Origin: Asterias rubens
Lineage: Eukaryota
NCBI RefSeq assembly: GCF_902459465.1
Contig: NC_047079.1
Location: 11,594,001 to 11,658,000, forward strand
Direction of reading: 5' to 3'
Length of the DNA stretch: 64,000 bases
Shown here one piece after another: positions 59,101 through 64,000 of this stretch (positions are counted from its first letter, which is position 1; each line of letters begins with the position of its first letter). The position numbers were made by a program, and so were the translations under genes. Under the pieces are notes generated by a model. The model did no database searches and was not told the origin of the DNA. It saw only the letters and a program-made list of their open reading frames with translations.

Positions 59101-60689
59101 GCAATAGCTAACATTATCTTATCTACAGTTGTACCCAGAATTAATCTGGAACACTGAGGGTGCAATGGGAGCATTGTATTAAAGTATACTCAAACTGGGT
59201 GTAGTTGGACTGGGTAACTAGGTGCCTGATCCTAACCAGCAATATCCAGCACCCTCTTGTCTAAAGTTGTACCCAGATTTAATATTGACCCTTGAGGATG
59301 CAATGGGAGTTTTGTACTAGGGTGGGGTTGTATACCCAAACTGGGCGTACTTAGACTGGGTTACTAATACTAGGTGCCTGATCATACCCAACACCCAGAT
59401 CTAATATGGACCATTGAGAATGCAATGGGAGTGTTGTACTAGGGTACTATATACCCAAACTGGGCGTACTTAGACTGGGTAAGTAGGTGCCTGATCATAC
59501 CCAATACCCTCTTGTCTACAGTTGTACCCAGATCTAATCTGGATCACTGAGGATGCAATGCGAGTGTTGTATTAAAGTATACTCAAACTGGGCGTAGTTG
59601 GACTGTGCCTGATCATACCTTACACCCTCTTATCCACAGTTGTACCCATATCTAATATGGACCATTTAGAATGAACTAGGGTATTATACACCCAAACTGG
59701 GCGTACTTAGACTGGGTAACTAGGTGCCTGATCATACCCAATACCCTCTCATCTACAGTTGTACCCAGATCTAATCTGGACCATCAAGGATGTAATGGAG
59801 AGTCATGTTCACCTAATGGAGACAGCAGTCATGTCGGACAGGTTTGCCGACGAGCGACCATTCATCATGACGAATATTGATTACCTCTTCACTGTCCTGC
59901 TTCCTCATGTTGAGAAAAAGATCAAGGTAAAAATAATCCCCTCAAGTAAACTTGTTCTTGTGATACGACATCTGCTCTAGCAATGAAAAGGTTGTGTGTT
60001 AGAATCCCACCCGAGTGATTTCCCTGTGGACTTTTGTTCACAAAACTCAGGATAGTGCTGAGTGTACTGTGCTGCAAAATTTACATCTATTCAGCTGGTT
60101 CTGATTTCTTTCCAGTCTGTGTCAAATGTTTTGTCAATACTTTCCAAAATGTGTACATCTTTTCTGTTATTATTAGGTTTGGTTAAAGAGACTTTATTAA
60201 TGTATTGCATTAATCATTTTAAATGTGAAGTTTACAAACTGTCAGTAATAAATATATTAAGTTAATCAGTAGGGAAAACTGATCTGTAATTTTCTCAAAC
60301 TGTGTTTCTTCAACTCAAAAATATTAAACTCTCTTCAAGAAACAGCCGTCGATTTCACAAAGAGTCATGACTCGTCTTATCTCGAGTTAGGACAAGTAAC
60401 TCCTAGTCCTAACTTAGGATTAATCTTAAGGTCTGCATGCTAATGTGCATGGTTGGGACTCGTCCTAAGTCCTAAGATTAGTCTTAAGTTAGGAAGAGTT
60501 TTGTGAAATCGACTATTTCAAATAAGCAAATGTATTTCTTTAGCTGATCAATTTGTATTTTTATAAATTTTTAATCTTTGGAATCCTTTACAGGGTGTTG
60601 CAGATCGGAGCCTGAAAGAATTGAAGGACTTCCGCAATCGCCACCGGCAAATCACCCGAAAGGTTCAAAATCTTGGTGCACTAATATAA
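47188..60689 (+). CDS. EXOC8: Exocyst complex component 8 (Exo84), 17 coding exons, 682 aa
   Basis: Exons 47188-47242, 49757-49912, 50998-51090, 51608-51699, 51842-51984, 52608-52687, 52957-53030, 53264-53372, 54769-54921, 55470-55521, 55966-56110, 56829-57009, 57478-57728, 58208-58313, 58628-58722, 59759-59926, 60594-60689 (2049 nt, in frame). Motifs: LKKNVYRNYTQFIETAKEISYLEGEMYQLSH, a PH-like region, WLIELPEDLDMCIAQRNFEEA. Confidence 0.95.
47763..47897. mobile_element. ~135-bp hairpin MITE (family D), opposite orientation
   Basis: ggaaaagtttccgtatggcgccaccactttttca…tgaaaaagtggtggcgccatacggaaagttatcc. Confidence 0.85.
48981..49402 (+). mobile_element. Full-length tRNA-derived SINE with a CORE-like domain and (TTA)n tail
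   Basis: A box tggccgagcggttaag and B box ggttcgaatccc, then gtgtccttaagcaagacac, ending gcgcgttataaat…(tta)n. Confidence 0.85.
52206..52502 (+). mobile_element. L2/CR1-type LINE 3' fragment
   Basis: Translates …LLLNEPKSR…WGDRSFSSAAPRIWNSLPLSLRS*…KFKSLLKTYL, the L2/CR1 ORF2 C-terminal motif with an internal stop. Ends gtgcgcattacaagtc(tta)n. Confidence 0.8.
58755..59800 (+). repeat. Diverged tandem array of about 110-150-bp units in EXOC8 intron 15; each unit is a copy of the intron 3' end plus the start of exon 16
   Basis: Eight units contain actggg…taggtgcctgatcatacc…cctcttatctacag|ttgtacccagat. The last unit is the real acceptor of exon 16 (59759). Confidence 0.93.
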
Positions 60690-62320
60690 CGAGGTATAGA
60701 AGGGCTTTATTTGTGACTATCCAAATTATTTTGTTTCTTTGTTTTTGTTTTTATAACTCCACTTGCTTATTCTATTATGTTAACATATTGCTGATTTTAT
60801 TTTCAGATTCTATATTCTTGAAATGTTTTTGTATGTTTACTTTTTGTTTTAAGTGCAATATTGATTTTTGTAAAAAAAATTAATCTCATATTTGATGAAC
60901 CACGGGAGCTAGCACATGATGTGATGTGATTTTAGTTTCTTTCACAAAAATGAAAAAGTTTTAATTTTGTTTTCAAAAATATCAAGAAAACTTCATTGAA
61001 TATGTTAACTTGGATTAAAATCCCAGTGTTTTTGTTGTTGTAGGTTTTTCAAGTGGGCTTTGGATTGTTGTCTAAAGATTCAAACTTGTAATAATTTAGT
61101 TATTGAAGCTCAAAGAGAAACCAGTCATGTTCTAGAGTCTGGTGCTTATGATGTAATGACAAATGTCATAATGATTGGCACTATGGCTTCTGAGTACAAT
61201 ACAAAGATGGCATCTCTCGTTTGAACTGGCACTAATCCGCTGAATGTTAGTAAAAGTAGAAAGCTGTATAACTATTGTTGACTGACCAAAGATTATTTAT
61301 TCAGAAAACATCAGTTAAATATTATATCCAAAACATGGACACTTCTTCCCTCAGACCCCCCCCCCCCCAAATGAACATTGACAACTTTATACACTTATAA
61401 ATGACACTCGGATAGATCCCAATTTCATAAAGCCTGTAAGCAGAAAAACTTGTTTAGCACCTAAAAGTATTGCTCAACAGAAACAGGTTACCAGCCAAAA
61501 TTACATTTAGTGTACACTGTTGTGACTGGTTGTGACTGGTGCCCACTCAATATTAGCTTAGCAAAGAAATTTATCAAGAAGTAGTTTCTGCTTAACAGCT
61601 TTATGAAATTAGTCCTTAATCCTTGTCATTTGATTGGAGGATTTAAGGTCACATGATAATTTTAAAATCTGTCGCGTCAGTTGAAAATTGTCAGATTTCA
61701 GCATATGCTTATTTGGTGTGTACATCCAGGCTATTTTAAGCCAAATACGTAATTTTGAAAATTTTAAACTTTATTTATTTTTATAGATTCATCTTCCAAT
61801 CAGATTATATAACAAATAGTGAACATTTATTTGCGCAATAATATTTTATTCATTGAAAGATGGATTGTTCCATTCAACTCTACCTCACCTTGTTGAATGG
61901 AACATTCCATGTTTCAATCTATGAAAATATTCTCACCCATTGCACTCATAAATATTCATTATTTACATCTCATGGTTTTTAACCTTGTTTGGCCGGTTGT
62001 TTGCACACCTCAAGGCAAACTGTAATTAGTTCAAGCCGTTAGAAGGTCCACAATTTTATTTATGCGGGGAGTTTGGTCACCGGTCAGAAGAGTTACTAGA
62101 ATACGAAGTCGGCATTAGCTTCAGAAACAAAGATATGATCAGTATCATATTAATATAATCTGCGAAGAAATACATAAAAATAAAACAATTATAGACTGCA
62201 GACCCTGGATCTATGTGTTTATTTCTGTTTTAGACCAACAATTCAAGTTATTCCAGAACTATTGAATAGCTATCGTATAACTTTTACAACCATGATTCCG
62301 TTTATGGGAAATTACAGTGT

Positions 62321-62532
62321 TAAGGCCGAGTCACACTGCAGCGATAACGAAAATGATCCCGATCATGACGCAAAGAGAACGCATTCCATTGGTTTAATGA
62401 GCGTGTGCGTAGTCCGCGTGGAGCAATTCAAGCAATAGGATGAGTTTTCTTTGCATCTTGATCGTTATCTTTTTCGTTATCGCTCTGTTATCGTTATTGT
62501 TTTCGTTACTGCTGCAGTGTGACTCGGCCTTA
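62321..62532. mobile_element. MITE with GGCC termini (PIF/Harbinger-like)
   Basis: TAA ggccgagtcacactgcagc…gctgcagtgtgactcggcc TTA. The superfamily is inferred from the termini and TWA flanks. Confidence 0.7.
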
Positions 62533-63317
62533 TGGCAGTTTTATTAATAAGGCTCTGTTCGAATTGGTGGCTACAGCTCTGGCTACGACTATTGCTAAGG
62601 GTGTTTCCAAGGACATCCTATACTTCAACCCATGATGATGTAGCCGTAGCCATAGTTGTAGCCATCAACTAAGACACAGCCTATGGATAAGGTTAGAACA
62701 TCAGTCTTAATTTTTGTCTTACTTTAAGTTGTTTTCATTGTATTTGTAAGCTACACTACTCAATCTACACAACTATGTTTTTTCTTTCTTATTCTTGCTT
62801 TATTTTCCTAAAACATTGCTTTCATTACACTTAGAATTTCAGTGAAGATGATTTTTTAATATTTCGTGGAATTGTAATGATAGTAATTGTGTCCTTTACA
62901 ACTGAACAATGTGAGCTGCTCTTTCCAAACTTCGAGACTCATTCCCTGGTTTTGCCTTACTTGTGGAATCCAAACCGAACCAACCATGGTTGGCAAAGAA
63001 CTCAATTTATCAAAGAATTACTAAGATTCATCTTAAGTTGAGTTTATCACAAAAGTGATTTGTATTGGGTTAGATGTGATGCTCTGCAATTTAAAGTTAC
63101 ACACTGGTTAAGATTAGTGATAGCTATTAGTGAAATCAGGCCCTAAGTTAGTAATCTTCTTTGTGCAAAGACCGTTTCTTAAGTGTGAGAAACAGGAAAG
63201 ACTTCATGTACAGTGTATTTGCTATTTAGGCTTTGAACGGTTATTTAATTGAGAGAAAAAACTAGGTTGTTGATAAAAGCATTTTGCAAACTGACCAATT
63301 TAGCTTGCCTGAAGTCT

Positions 63318-64000
63318 CTAAAAGTCAGGACCAGTCTTGCTTTCAAGAGGCAGGGCAGACGGTTCCTTCAACTCAAAGTCAGGACCAGTCTTGCTTTCAA
63401 GTGGCAGGGTAGTCGGTTCCTTCAACTCAAAGTCAGGACCAGTCTTGCTTTCAAGTGGCAGGGCAGTCGGTTCCTTCAACTCAAAGTCAGGACCAGTCTT
63501 GCTTTCAAGTGGCAGGGCAGACGGTTCCTTCAACTCAAAGTCAGGACCAGTCTTGCTTTCAAGTGGCAGGGCAGTCGGTTCCTTCAAATCAAAGTCAGGA
63601 CCAGTCTTGCTTTCAAGTGGCAGGGCAGACGGTTCCTTCAACTCAAAGTCAGGACCAGTCTTGCTTTCAAGTGGCAGGGCAGTCGGTTCCTTCAACTCAA
63701 AGTCAGGACCGGTCTTGCTTTCAAGTGGCAGTGCAGTCGGTTCCTTCAACTCAAAGTCAGGACCAGTCTTGCTTTCAAGTGGCAGGGCAGTCGGTTCCTT
63801 CAACTCAAAGTCAGGACCAGTCTTGCTTTCAAGTGGCAGGGCAGTCGGTTCCTTCAACTCAAAGTCAGGACCAGTCTTGCTTTCAAGTGGCAGGGCAGAC
63901 GGTTCCTTCAGCTCAAAGTCAGGACCGGTCTTGCTTTCAAGTGGCAGGGCAGTCGGTTCCTTCAGCTCAAAGTCAGGACCAGTCTTGCTTTCAAGAGGCA
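63318..64000 (-). CDS. Putative terminal coding exon made of 18-aa tandem repeats (KEPTALPLESKTGPDFEL)n, running off the window edge
   Basis: The frame is open from base 64000 to TAG at 63318-63320. Unit variants are synonymous or conservative in this frame, with no indels. No homology was recognised. Confidence 0.45.
   Translation of the reverse strand, partial: PLESKTGPDFELKEPTALPLESKTGPDFELKEPSALPLESKTGPDFELKEPTALPLESKTGPDFELKEPTALPLESKTGPDFELKEPTALPLESKTGPDFELKEPTALPLESKTGPDFELKEPSALPLESKTGPDFDLKEPTALPLESKTGPDFELKEPSALPLESKTGPDFELKEPTALPLESKTGPDFELKEPTTLPLESKTGPDFELKEPSALPLESKTGPDF
63321..64000. repeat. 54-bp tandem repeat, about 12.5 copies
   Basis: Unit aaagtcaggaccagtcttgctttcaagtggcagggcagtcggttccttcaactc, starting at 63321, 63375 and so on. 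Confidence 0.97.

Noticed and set aside
58731-59174. 147-aa minus-strand ORF
   Set aside because: It is the antisense reading of 150-bp repeat units (a multiple of 3) in EXOC8 intron 15, with no homology or splice context.
4126-61370. Scattered G/C homopolymer runs (e.g. about 4126, 31922, 33618, 45565, 61356) as functional G-quadruplex elements
   Set aside because: They are isolated simple runs with no consistent context, and their lengths are prone to sequencing error.

Overview
AT-rich, intron-rich animal genomic DNA, probably an invertebrate deuterostome such as an echinoderm (inferred from gene structure and repeat types, not proven). Eight complete multi-exon genes were reconstructed by hand with GT-AG junctions and consistent phases: TAF10(-), MRPS22(+), ELP5(-), UBXN10(+), CFAP107/C1orf158(+), NUDT8(-), KLHL17(-) and EXOC8(+). 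Three pairs are head-to-head. A possible coding fragment lies at the left edge, and a 54-bp/18-aa repeat reading frame runs off the right edge. Introns hold many TTAA-flanked MITEs, foldback MITEs, tRNA-derived SINEs, an RTE LINE 3' fragment with a 12-bp TSD, and an L2/CR1-type fragment. The most unusual signal is repeated duplication of splice acceptors plus exon starts upstream of the real exon. EXOC8 intron 15 has 7 upstream copies (6 with an intact AG); KLHL17 intron 2 and MRPS22 intron 5 have one each, and a MRPS22 minisatellite may be a fourth case. Every AG-bearing decoy leads to an in-frame stop. No CRISPR arrays, rRNA or convincing tRNA genes were found.
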